Shown: piece after piece, positions 34,498-43,576 of the stretch
Numbering within the stretch: position 1 is the first letter of the stretch
Layout: each line of letters begins with the position of its first letter
Origin: Planctomycetia bacterium
Lineage (GTDB): Bacteria > Planctomycetota > Planctomycetia > Pirellulales > UBA1268
Direction of reading: 5' to 3'
DNA: 59,008 nt
NCBI GenBank assembly: GCA_037129475.1
Contig: JBAXUY010000005.1
Location: forward strand, 1-59,008
The notes under the pieces: model-generated
What the model saw: the letters and a program-made list of their open reading frames with translations, nothing else
Database searches by the model: none
Told to the model about the DNA's origin: nothing
Made by a program: the position numbers and the translations under genes

Positions 34498-37400
34498 TGG
34501 CCGGAGTCGCGGGGGAGCGAGCGGGCGAGGCCGGGCAGCCGGTGGCGTCGGTGACGGGGCTCGCCCTGCGGCTCGTACGTCACTGGTGGAGGCAGCTCGC
34601 GGCGCTCGCAGCAGCCTGCGGCGTGGTGGCGGCCACGATCTCCGGGGCGCTCGGCGTGGGAGCGGCCGTGGAACAGGGGCTGCTCAGGCTCGCGATGTCG
34701 CGGCTCGGGCGGATCGATGCCGCGGTCGTGGGCGAGGATTTTTTTCGGGCGGCGCTGGCCGGCGACATGGCCGCGGGGGCCGCGCCTGGCGACTCGGCCA
34801 CACTCGTGCCCGCGATCGTGATCGAGGCCGTGGTGGAGACGGCGGCCGACGGCCGCGGGCCAGCCCGCAGCACGCGGGCGCTGGTGCTCGCCTGCGACGA
34901 TCCGGCAACGCTCGGCTTCGCGGGGCCGGTGCCCACGCTTTCCGTTGACACGGTCGCCGTGAACGGGCCGCTCGCTTCCGCGCTCGGTGCCGAAGCGGGC
35001 ACGCCGCTCGTGCTCCGGATCGCCGAGCGGTCGACGGCGCCGGCCGACAGTCCGCTCGGCCGCCGCGAGACGCGATCAACGGGCCGACGCGTCGCCGTGG
35101 CGACGGTTCTGTCGGACGAGGGTCTCGGTCAGTTCGCGCTCGAGCCGGCGCAGGTCACGCAGCCGCTGGTGGTCGCACCGCTTGCCATGGTGCAGAAACT
35201 CGTCGACCGGGGCGACGTGGCCAACGTGATCTTCGCCGTGTCAGGCGGTGCGCGGCGAGCAGGCGCAGGCGACACCGCGGCCAGTCTGCGGGCTCGGCTC
35301 GCGCCCGCGCTCGACGACTACGGCCTCGTCTTCCAAGAGGTGTCGTCGGATCCCGCCACGCTCCGGCTGACGAGCCGACGGCTGATCCTGCCGGACGCCG
35401 TCGATCGTGCCGCCGAGGCAGTCCTCGCGCCGCTCGGTGGCCAGCCGTCGCTCGTGTTTCTGGCGAATGCGATCACGACGGGCTCCGCCCCCGCGGCCAC
35501 GATCCCGTACTCCACGGTCCTCGGCATCGCCGACACGTCGCTCCCATGCGGTGATCTCGTCGATGCGAGCGGCACGCGGCTCGCATCGCCAGGGCCCGAC
35601 GAGATCGTGATCGATCGCTGGGTGGCCGATGACTTCGCCGCGCAGGACCGCCCCGTCGCCGTTGGCGACACGCTCGAGGTGGCGTATTTTCTGCCGGAGA
35701 CCATTCACGGCCGCGTCGAGGAGGCCCGCGCGCGTTTGCGGGTGAGCGGGATCGCGGCGATGCAGGCCGCCGCCGTCGATTCCACGCTCGTGCCCGAGGT
35801 GGAGGGCGTCAGCGATGAAGCCTCGATCACCGACTGGGATCCACCGTTTCCGTTCGACGCATCGCGGGTGCGCTCGACGCCGCCGCACGACGAGGATGAC
35901 CGGTATTGGAAAACGTACGGCACGACGCCGAAGGCGTTCGTCTCGATGGCGACGGCGCGCAGGCTGGCGGGCAGCCGGTTTGGCATGTCGACGGCCTGGC
36001 ACGTGCCGCGCGACCGGGTGGCCGACCGCGCCACGCTCGGCCGTTCGCTCGCCGCTCGGCTCCGGCCCGAGGCGGTCGGCCTCAGGGTCGTGCCGTTGGC
36101 CGCGGAAGCCCGCGCCGCCGCGCGGGGCTCGACGCCGTTCGGCCCGTTGTTCCTCGCGCTCGCGTCGTTCGTCGTCGTCGCCGGCCTCCTTCTCGAATGG
36201 CTCCTGTTTCGACTGCTCGTGGTGGCCCGGCGGCGCGAGATCGGCGTGCTCGCCGCGATCGGCTGGCCGCCGCGGCGACTGGCGATGCTCCTGGCGCTGA
36301 TCGGACTCGTGGCCGCCGTCGCGGGTTCCGTCGTGGGCGCCTGTCTCGGCCCGCTGTGGGCAGGCGTGATGCTCGAGGCACTCGCCCGCACGTGGACGAC
36401 GGCCGTCGCGGCGGGGTCGCAGCAGGCGTTTGGCGACGGCGCGAGTGCCAGCCGGCCGCTGCTGGGAGCCCTCGCGGCGAGCCTCGTCGCATCGGTCGGG
36501 GCCCTCGCCTGGGCGGCCGGGCGCGCGGCCCGCGCGCGACCGCTGGCCCTTCTGCGCGGCACGTCCGAGTCACCGGGCAGGAACGGACGCCCGCGCCCGT
36601 GGCTGCCGATCACCGCGGCTGCGGGTGCGGTGGTCCTCGGCTGGCTCGGCCTCAACGCCGGGCCCGAGCAGGCCGTGGCGATGTTTTTTCTGTCGGGGGC
36701 CGCGGCACTCGTGGCGTTCGTGGCGGCCGCCCGGAGTGCCCTCGTCGTGCAGCGTGCCGCGCCCGTCACGTCGCTTGTCACGCTCGCCTGGCGGTCGCTG
36801 TGCGGCCAGCGATCGCGGGCGTCGAGCGTGATCGCGATCGTGGCGGTGGCGGAGTTTCTCGTCGTGTCGCTCTCGGCGTTCACGCTCGGGCCGCCGCCCG
36901 ATCCGGCTGATCGGCGATCGCCGACCGGCGGCTATGCGTTGCTGGCGTCGTTCGGCACGCCCGTCAGCGCCGAGTCGGTCGCCGCGCTCGACGGTGTCGA
37001 TACGGCGCTGATTCGGTCGAGCGGCGGCAACGATGCCAGTTGCACCAATCTCTACGCGGCCATGCGGCCCACCGTGCTCGGCGTCGGGCCGGCGTTCGTG
37101 GCCCGCGCGGGTTTTTCATTCGTGGCCCATCGGCTGCTGCCGCCGGGCACGAGCAACCCGTGGACGCTCCTCGACTGCGCACCCGACGCCCAGGGCCCGA
37201 TTCCCGCGATCCTCGATCAGGCCACGGCCCAGTGGGCGCTGAAGCTCGGCGGCCTGGGGGCACGGTTCACGGTGCCCGACGACGATGGGGCGGCCGTCGA
37301 GTACGAAATCGTCGGTCTCCTCGCGCCCGGGATCCTGCAGGGATTCGTGGTCGTCGCCGAGCGGTCGTTCGAGCGGTCGTTTCCGCGACGGTCGGGCTAT

Positions 37401-37919
37401 GCCTTCGGGCTGCTCGATGCTGACTCGCGTGTCTCCGTGGAGAGCCTCACACGGCAGGCTCGCGACGTCTGGGCCGACGCGGGGGTGACGCTCGAACCGA
37501 CGCTCGACCGACTGGCCCGGCTGTCGGCCGTGCAGAATACGTTCCTCGCCGGTTTTCAGACGCTCGGCCTGCTCGGCCTGCTGTTGGGCACCGCGGGCGT
37601 GGCGGCCGTCCAGGCCCAGGGGGTGCTCGAACGGCTCGGGCAGTTCGGGCTCCTGCAAGCGATCGGATTCGCGCCGGGCAGGATCCGGGCGCTCGTGACC
37701 CTCGAGTCGATGGCGCTGGTCGGGGCCGGGCTCGTGGCTGGCGCGGTCGCGGGCCTCGTCGCCCTCGCGCCTGCGCTCCTCGCCGGCCGCGCGGTGCTGC
37801 CGGTCGGCTGGGTCGCGACGACCTGCGGGCTGACGCTCGCGGCTGCCGCGGCCGCGGGCTTGGTCGCGTCGCGGCACGCGACGCAGACGAGTCCCCGCGA
37901 GGCGCTCCGCGCCCCGTGA
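34494..37919 (+). CDS. Large FtsX/MacB-like ABC transporter permease (two FtsX modules)
   Basis: It overlaps the ATPase stop (ATGA). TM clusters lie near the middle and at the C-terminus with FtsX-like segments (GVLAAIGWPPRRLAMLLAL...; LLQAIGFAPGRIRALVTLES...). Confidence 0.8.
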   Translation: MMAGVAGERAGEAGQPVASVTGLALRLVRHWWRQLAALAAACGVVAATISGALGVGAAVEQGLLRLAMSRLGRIDAAVVGEDFFRAALAGDMAAGAAPGDSATLVPAIVIEAVVETAADGRGPARSTRALVLACDDPATLGFAGPVPTLSVDTVAVNGPLASALGAEAGTPLVLRIAERSTAPADSPLGRRETRSTGRRVAVATVLSDEGLGQFALEPAQVTQPLVVAPLAMVQKLVDRGDVANVIFAVSGGARRAGAGDTAASLRARLAPALDDYGLVFQEVSSDPATLRLTSRRLILPDAVDRAAEAVLAPLGGQPSLVFLANAITTGSAPAATIPYSTVLGIADTSLPCGDLVDASGTRLASPGPDEIVIDRWVADDFAAQDRPVAVGDTLEVAYFLPETIHGRVEEARARLRVSGIAAMQAAAVDSTLVPEVEGVSDEASITDWDPPFPFDASRVRSTPPHDEDDRYWKTYGTTPKAFVSMATARRLAGSRFGMSTAWHVPRDRVADRATLGRSLAARLRPEAVGLRVVPLAAEARAAARGSTPFGPLFLALASFVVVAGLLLEWLLFRLLVVARRREIGVLAAIGWPPRRLAMLLALIGLVAAVAGSVVGACLGPLWAGVMLEALARTWTTAVAAGSQQAFGDGASASRPLLGALAASLVASVGALAWAAGRAARARPLALLRGTSESPGRNGRPRPWLPITAAAGAVVLGWLGLNAGPEQAVAMFFLSGAAALVAFVAAARSALVVQRAAPVTSLVTLAWRSLCGQRSRASSVIAIVAVAEFLVVSLSAFTLGPPPDPADRRSPTGGYALLASFGTPVSAESVAALDGVDTALIRSSGGNDASCTNLYAAMRPTVLGVGPAFVARAGFSFVAHRLLPPGTSNPWTLLDCAPDAQGPIPAILDQATAQWALKLGGLGARFTVPDDDGAAVEYEIVGLLAPGILQGFVVVAERSFERSFPRRSGYAFGLLDADSRVSVESLTRQARDVWADAGVTLEPTLDRLARLSAVQNTFLAGFQTLGLLGLLLGTAGVAAVQAQGVLERLGQFGLLQAIGFAPGRIRALVTLESMALVGAGLVAGAVAGLVALAPALLAGRAVLPVGWVATTCGLTLAAAAAAGLVASRHATQTSPREALRAP

Positions 37920-37986
37920 TGGCGGTGTGCATCCCGCACCGAAACTGGCTTTGCGGGTTCCACCGGTCGGCCGCTACGGTGGAACC

Positions 37987-39054
37987 ATGCACATCGTCGT
38001 GATTCTGCCCCGCTGGGTCGGCGACCTCGTCATGTCGACCCCCCTGCTCCGCGCACTCCGCTGCCATTTCGGCGACCGCGCCCGGATCACGGGCGTGATG
38101 AAGCCGATGTTCGTCGAACTGCTCGAGGGCACGCCGTGGCTCGACGACACGGTGTTGTATGACCGGCGCAGCAAGGATCCCGCGCGCCGATTCCGCGCCG
38201 TGGCGCGGAAGCTTCGCGCCGATCGGCCCGACATCGCGCTGCTCGTGCCCAATTCGCTCTCGACGGCGGCGCTGGCGTTCATGGGCGGCGCCCGGCGGCG
38301 CGTCGGCTTCGCCCGCCATTGGCGGCGGCTCCTGCTCACCGATCCACTCGCGCCGCCCCGCGACGGATTTCGCATCCGGCCCGTCTCGACCGCCGAGCAT
38401 GCGATGGACCTCGCCGAGCGCATCGGCGTGCCGCGGCAGCCGCTCGCGCTCGAACTGGCGACCACTCCGGCCGACGAGGCGATCGCCGAGGCCGTGCTCG
38501 CCCGGCTGTTTCCCTGGAGTGATCCCGCCGGACCGCTCGTCGTGTTCAACGACAACGGTGCATTCGGCCCCTCGAAGTCGTGGGGGGCCGACAGGTTCGC
38601 GGCGCTCGGGCGGCTCGTCGCGGAGCGCGTTCCCGGCGCCCGTGTACTGGTTCACTGCGGCCCCGGCGATCGTGACGACGCGCGGGCGATCGAGCGCGAG
38701 GCGGCGCTGCCGGCCGTGCGCAGCCTCGCCGACGAAGCCAAGCTACCGTTCGGCCTCGCGAAGGCCGTGATCCGCCGCGCAGCCGCGGTCGTCACCACCG
38801 ACAGCGGGCCCCGGCACATCGCCGCCGCCTTCCGTCGGCCCACGATCGTGCTTCACGGGCCGATGGATCCGCGGCTGAGCCGGTCGGACGAGCCGCGACT
38901 CGTGGAGATGCGGCTCGACCTCCCCTGCTCTCCCTGCGGCAAGCGCACCTGCCCGCTCGGCCACCACGATTGCATGCGGCTGCTTTCGGTGGATGATGTG
39001 GGGCGTGCGCTGATCGCCACCCTCGAGGAGAATGCCGGATGTTCCAGTTCCTGA
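37987..39054 (+). CDS. Glycosyltransferase family 9 (heptosyltransferase-like)
   Basis: MHIVVILPRWVGDLVMSTPLLRALR and ...VVTTDSGPRHIAAAF... are typical GT9 motifs. Confidence 0.85.
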   Translation: MHIVVILPRWVGDLVMSTPLLRALRCHFGDRARITGVMKPMFVELLEGTPWLDDTVLYDRRSKDPARRFRAVARKLRADRPDIALLVPNSLSTAALAFMGGARRRVGFARHWRRLLLTDPLAPPRDGFRIRPVSTAEHAMDLAERIGVPRQPLALELATTPADEAIAEAVLARLFPWSDPAGPLVVFNDNGAFGPSKSWGADRFAALGRLVAERVPGARVLVHCGPGDRDDARAIEREAALPAVRSLADEAKLPFGLAKAVIRRAAAVVTTDSGPRHIAAAFRRPTIVLHGPMDPRLSRSDEPRLVEMRLDLPCSPCGKRTCPLGHHDCMRLLSVDDVGRALIATLEENAGCSSS

Positions 39055-40085
39055 GCCTGATTGGCGCGATCGCGCTCACCGCCTGCTGCTGGGGCATCTA
39101 CGGCCCCGTGCTGCATTTTGGCCGGGAGGCGATGCACTCGAGCCTCCGGCCGTTCGTGTGCGTCGGGGCCGCGTACTTCGTGATCGCCGTGCTCGCGCCG
39201 TTGGCCCTGCTCGCCCGGGGCGGCGAACGCGGTGCGTGGTCGGCGAGGGGCGTGCTCTGGAGCCTGCTCGCCGGCAGCGCGGGCGCCTTCGGGGCTCTCG
39301 GCGTGATCCTGGCGCTCGGATTCGGCGGCAAGCCGATCTACGTGATGCCGCTCGTGTTCGGTGGGGCGCCGGTCGTGAACACCCTGCTCACGGCGTTCAT
39401 GAACAAGGCGTTCAACCAGCTCAAGGCCCCATTTTTGGCCGGTCTGATCCTCGTGGTGCTCGGGGCCGTGACGGTGCTCGTGTTCAAGCCGCAGCCGCAG
39501 GCACACGCCGCGCCCGTGGCCGCAGCGGTGGTGACGGCTGATGCGCCGGCGCCGGCGGAGCCTGGGATCGGAGCTCCGGCGAAGACGACCGAGCAGAAGA
39601 CCGAGCGGTTTTTTGAAGTGTTGCTGGCGACGGCGCTGGCGATGTTTTCATGGGGTGCCTACGGCCCGGTGCTCCATCGGGGCCAGGGGGCGATGGGGGG
39701 CAGCCGGTTGCGGCCGCTCATTTGCATCGGCGTGGCCTACTTTCTGATCGCCGTCCTCGTGCCGCTCGCGCTGCTCGTGCCGATGGGCGACACAGGCACG
39801 TGGGACGCCCGCGGCACGCTCTGGAGTCTGGGAGCCGGATCCTTGGGCGCGCTCGGCGCTCTCGGCACGATCCTCGCCTTCACGTGCGGTGGCAAGCCGT
39901 TCACGGTGATGCCGGTCGTGTTCGGCTGTGCCCCCGTGCTCAACACACTGGCCACGATCGCCCTGGCCCACACGCCGCCGGCGGCGGTGAGCCCGTTCTT
40001 TCTCGCCGGGATGCTGATCGTGGCGGTGGGCGCCGCCACCGTGCTCACGTTCGGCCCCCGCGGCCACGCCCCCGCCAACACGTAG
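39039..40085 (+). CDS. Integral membrane protein made of two homologous halves
   Basis: Half 1 reads CCWGIYGPVLHFGREAMHSSLRPFVCVGAAYFVIAVLAPLALL...GKPIYVMPLVFGGAPVVNTL. Half 2 reads FSWGAYGPVLHRGQGAMGGSRLRPLICIGVAYFLIAVLVPLALL...GKPFTVMPVVFGCAPVLNTL. A Pro/Ala-rich linker joins them. The gene overlaps the GT9 gene by 16 nt. Confidence 0.6.
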   Translation: MFQFLSLIGAIALTACCWGIYGPVLHFGREAMHSSLRPFVCVGAAYFVIAVLAPLALLARGGERGAWSARGVLWSLLAGSAGAFGALGVILALGFGGKPIYVMPLVFGGAPVVNTLLTAFMNKAFNQLKAPFLAGLILVVLGAVTVLVFKPQPQAHAAPVAAAVVTADAPAPAEPGIGAPAKTTEQKTERFFEVLLATALAMFSWGAYGPVLHRGQGAMGGSRLRPLICIGVAYFLIAVLVPLALLVPMGDTGTWDARGTLWSLGAGSLGALGALGTILAFTCGGKPFTVMPVVFGCAPVLNTLATIALAHTPPAAVSPFFLAGMLIVAVGAATVLTFGPRGHAPANT

Positions 40086-40142
40086 GACAGGCTTCAGCCT
40101 GTCCTGCTCCTGCAGCACGCGCCAGATCTGGCAGAGACTCGA

Positions 40143-41993
40143 GTGATGTTCGAACCACGCGGTAGCCCCGGCGCCGGAGAGGCGGCTCGTGCACCTGCAC
40201 GGTTCGAGGTGCGCGTGCTCTACGGCCCCAGCCTGTTCGCCGCGCATCCGGCGGTGGTGCTCAGTTGGGACGAGGCCGAGGAGACGTTCATCCCATGGCC
40301 GCGGCTCTTCGCGACGGTCACCGAGCTGGGCGTCGGGATCGATGCCCCCGATCTGGCGGCGTGCTGCGCGGGCGACGGCACCATCTCCCGGCTGCACCTC
40401 GTTGCCTGCCTGGCAAAGTGGCTCGACCGACACCCCCGCGCCGCGTCGCATCCCGGCCTGATGGTGCACGCCACGCGATCGGGCACGCATTCGGCGGTGG
40501 CCGCATCGTTCATCGACGACGCTCGCACCACCGCGATTCTCGAAAGTGCCTGGGGCCTTGCCGACATCGTGGTGAGGCGCTGCGCGCACGACGAGCCAAC
40601 CGTGGCTGCGGATTCCCGTATCGTCGCCGCCGTCAGACGCCTGTGCGATACGGGCACCATCGACTGCGAATGGGGCAAGGAATTCGCCATGTTCTTCGTG
40701 CAAGCACGCCGGCGGGGCATCCCGTCGCTCCTGCTGCAAAACACGAAGAAGGTGCTGCTCCTCGGCGAGGGCTGCCACGGACGGCTCCTCCAGAGCACCT
40801 CCAACGACCGCGATTCGTCGGTGGGAACGTCACTGGCGATCGACAAGTTCATGTCGAACTCACTCGTTGCCCGGCTCGGCTTGCCCGCAGTGCAGCATGT
40901 GATGGTTCCGCATGGGCTCGCCGACGTGGTGGAGCAGGTGGCGGCAGAGGCGCCGAAATTCATCGGGTTTCCCCTCGTCGTCAAGCCGGTGTCCAACGGC
41001 AAGGGCAACGGCGTGTTCGCCGGAATCACGAGCGTCGCGGAGTGCGCCACCGCGATCCGCGAGGCTCTGCGGTATTGCCCGCGCGGAGCCCTCGTCGAAC
41101 GCCAGGTGGCCGGCGATGACCATCGCCTGGCCGTGATCGGCGGACGATTGGCCTGGGTGGTGGTGCGGCGCCCCGCCGCGGTGACCGGCGACGGCACGAG
41201 CACCGTGGCCGAACTCATCCACCGTGAGAACGAGCGGCGGCAGGCGGTCACAAGCGGGAAGCGGCCAATCCAGTCGCTGATCAATCCGGACGCTGAACTC
41301 ATCGGCCATCTGGCCAAGCAGGGGCTGTCGCTCCAAAGCGTGCCACAGGCCGGGAGCAACGTCGTGCTCCGCAGCATTTCGAACGTGTCGAAGGGGGGCA
41401 CCTACGAGGATGTCTCGGACCGCATTCACCCCGACAACCGTGCCATGGCCGAGACGATCGCGGCCGCGTTTCGGATGGACATTTTGGGGATCGACTACAT
41501 CACGACCGACATCACGCGCTCGTGGCGCGAGGTGGGGGGCGGGATCATCGAGGTCAACCAGACGCCCGCGGCCGGCACCCAGCACTACGCGGATGTCGTG
41601 CTGGCCCACATGTTTCCCGAGCAGACGCAGGTGCGGGTGCCCTACGTGATCTTCGTGAACGATCACACCGGCTCCGCAACGGCCGCCTGGATGACACAGG
41701 CCCGGGCCAAGGGATACCGCATCGGCTTCTTGAACGCGACGACGACGAAACTCGACGACGAATCGCGCGGCTCACCCGCCGACGGACTCAATCAGCGCAT
41801 GCTGGCGCTGATTCTCGACCCCCGGGTGAGCCTGCTCGTGGCCCAGGTCTCGAGCGCCGATCTCGCTCGCGATGGTCTGCTTCGCGAACTTGTCGACAAG
41901 GTGTTTCTCGGTCCGGGCGTCGCGCCCGAAGTCGAACACCTCCTCCGCAGCCGCGCCCACGAGGTGCTGCCCTTGCCCGGCGTCGGAGGGTAG
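40143..41993 (+). CDS. Cyanophycin-synthetase-like ATP-grasp protein with a vestigial, truncated Mur-ligase (M) domain
   Basis: The ATP-grasp core (FIGFPLVVKPVSNGKGNGVF...ERQVAGDDHRLAVIGGRL...NVSKGGTYEDV...LGIDYITTDI...GIIEVNQTP) resembles the CphA N and G domains. The following segment aligns with the start of the CphA M domain, but the P-loop is decayed (VIFVNDHTGSAT instead of VTGTNGKTT). The protein ends about 130 aa later. Confidence 0.7.
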   Translation: MMFEPRGSPGAGEAARAPARFEVRVLYGPSLFAAHPAVVLSWDEAEETFIPWPRLFATVTELGVGIDAPDLAACCAGDGTISRLHLVACLAKWLDRHPRAASHPGLMVHATRSGTHSAVAASFIDDARTTAILESAWGLADIVVRRCAHDEPTVAADSRIVAAVRRLCDTGTIDCEWGKEFAMFFVQARRRGIPSLLLQNTKKVLLLGEGCHGRLLQSTSNDRDSSVGTSLAIDKFMSNSLVARLGLPAVQHVMVPHGLADVVEQVAAEAPKFIGFPLVVKPVSNGKGNGVFAGITSVAECATAIREALRYCPRGALVERQVAGDDHRLAVIGGRLAWVVVRRPAAVTGDGTSTVAELIHRENERRQAVTSGKRPIQSLINPDAELIGHLAKQGLSLQSVPQAGSNVVLRSISNVSKGGTYEDVSDRIHPDNRAMAETIAAAFRMDILGIDYITTDITRSWREVGGGIIEVNQTPAAGTQHYADVVLAHMFPEQTQVRVPYVIFVNDHTGSATAAWMTQARAKGYRIGFLNATTTKLDDESRGSPADGLNQRMLALILDPRVSLLVAQVSSADLARDGLLRELVDKVFLGPGVAPEVEHLLRSRAHEVLPLPGVGG

Positions 41994-42009
41994 TGGGAAG
42001 GTTTGGGGA

Positions 42010-42116
42010 CAACGGATCGCCACAGCCTCGGCAACGGTCTTACCCCGACCAGCCTCAACCTCGACGTCCCGGAACGTGGGAATGACCTGCTCGGCATGCC
42101 CCTTCCCTCGTGGCAT
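42010..42116 (-). pseudogene. Relic of an IS3-family transposase OrfA (N-terminal ~35 codons)
   Basis: The minus-strand translation MPRGKGHAEQVIPTFRDVEVEAGRGKTVAEAVAIR resembles the IS3/IS407-group OrfA N-terminus (..EEIVAKLRQVDVLVSQGQSVAEAVR..). The rest of the element is absent. Confidence 0.4.
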
Positions 42117-42246
42117 CGGTTGCCCGCCCTTGGTTTCGGCCACCTCGGACTGTCGTTCCCGAGGAGGCCTCGTTGAAGGGGGGCAGGTCACTTAGGATGA
42201 TCGCGACATTCCCGACGATTCGTTCCCCACAGGTTGAGGCACTGCC

Positions 42247-43551
42247 GTGACAGGCATCCCCGGAATGCCGCTTCCGCGCGAGACAGGCCGGCACATCGCC
42301 GCGCTCGAGCATCTGTTGGAGGTGGCCCGCCAGTTGGGCGCAACCGTCGAACTGGATCCGCTGCTCGAGGCAATCGCCATGGCGGCCACCACGGTGCTCG
42401 ATTGCGAGCGGGCCACGGTCTTTCTCTACGACACCGGCACGGAGACTCTCTACAGCCGCATGGCCACCGGCCTCGAAGGCTCTGCGACGAAAGAGATTCG
42501 CTTTCCGGTCAGCCTCGGCATTGCCGGCGAGGTGGTCCGGACGGGAAGCGTGATCACGATTTCCGATGCCTACGCCGACCCCCGCTTCAACCCGGAGTTT
42601 GATCGGCAGACCGGCTTCCGCACCCGCACCATGCTCGCCTTTCCGTTGCGAGGGTACGACTCCAAGACGGTCGGCGTGCTGCAGGTGCTGAACAAGCGCA
42701 GCGGGCAGTTCGACCGCGACGACGAGCAACTGGTCAACTTTCTCGGCGCGCAGGCCGGAGTCGCCATCCAGCGGCAGATGCTCCTGCAGGAATACGCCGA
42801 CAAACAGCGGATCCAACGCGAACTGAACATCGCCCGCAACATCCAGCAGGGTCTGCTTCCGCGGGAGCAGCCGACGGTGGCCGGCTACGACATCGCCGGG
42901 TGGAACCAGCCGGCCGACGAAACCGGCGGAGACAGCTTCGACTTCCTGCCACTCGACGACGGCACGCTGGCGATCGCCCTGGCCGATGCCACAGGCCACG
43001 GCATCGGAGCGGCGCTGATCATGGCCGAAACGCGGGCGCTCTTCCGGGCGACCATCCGGCAGACGAGGGATCTCCCGCGGGTGATGACGGAGATCAACGA
43101 CCTGCTCTGCATCGATCTGCCCGATGGAAAATTCAATACGGCATTCTTCGGGTTTCTCGACCCGGCGGAACACACCGTGCGGTTCCTGAGCGCCGGCCAG
43201 GGCCCGATCCTCGTCTACACGGCGGCCACGGGCGACGTCCGGGAACTGGAGACGCACGGCCTGCCGCTCGGGATCATTCCGGAGGCCGAGTACGATTCCA
43301 CCACCCTCCTGCACCTGGCGCCAGGTGACATGCTGGTGCTGCTGACCGACGGCTTCTATGAGTGGGACCGCCCCGACGGGAAGCAGTTCGGCACCGAGCG
43401 GATCACAGACCTCATCCGCCGGCATCACACGCTGCCAGCGGCCGAATTCATCCGGGTGGTCTATCGGGCCGTGGTCGAGTTTTCAGCCGGCACGCGGCAG
43501 GGCGACGACCTGACGGCCGTCATCGTCCGCCGCGACCCCGGCAAGAGCTGA
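42247..43551 (+). CDS. GAF-domain PP2C (SpoIIE/RsbU-type) serine phosphatase
   Basis: The GAF region is ATVFLYD...FPVSLGIAGEVVRTGSVITISDAYADPRFN...VLQVLNK. The PPM region is GGDSFDFLPL...ADATGHGIGAALIMA...LLTDGFYEW...QGDDLTAVIV. Confidence 0.85.
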   Translation: MTGIPGMPLPRETGRHIAALEHLLEVARQLGATVELDPLLEAIAMAATTVLDCERATVFLYDTGTETLYSRMATGLEGSATKEIRFPVSLGIAGEVVRTGSVITISDAYADPRFNPEFDRQTGFRTRTMLAFPLRGYDSKTVGVLQVLNKRSGQFDRDDEQLVNFLGAQAGVAIQRQMLLQEYADKQRIQRELNIARNIQQGLLPREQPTVAGYDIAGWNQPADETGGDSFDFLPLDDGTLAIALADATGHGIGAALIMAETRALFRATIRQTRDLPRVMTEINDLLCIDLPDGKFNTAFFGFLDPAEHTVRFLSAGQGPILVYTAATGDVRELETHGLPLGIIPEAEYDSTTLLHLAPGDMLVLLTDGFYEWDRPDGKQFGTERITDLIRRHHTLPAAEFIRVVYRAVVEFSAGTRQGDDLTAVIVRRDPGKS

Positions 43552-43576
43552 CCCGTGCTGAACGCGATGAACTGCC

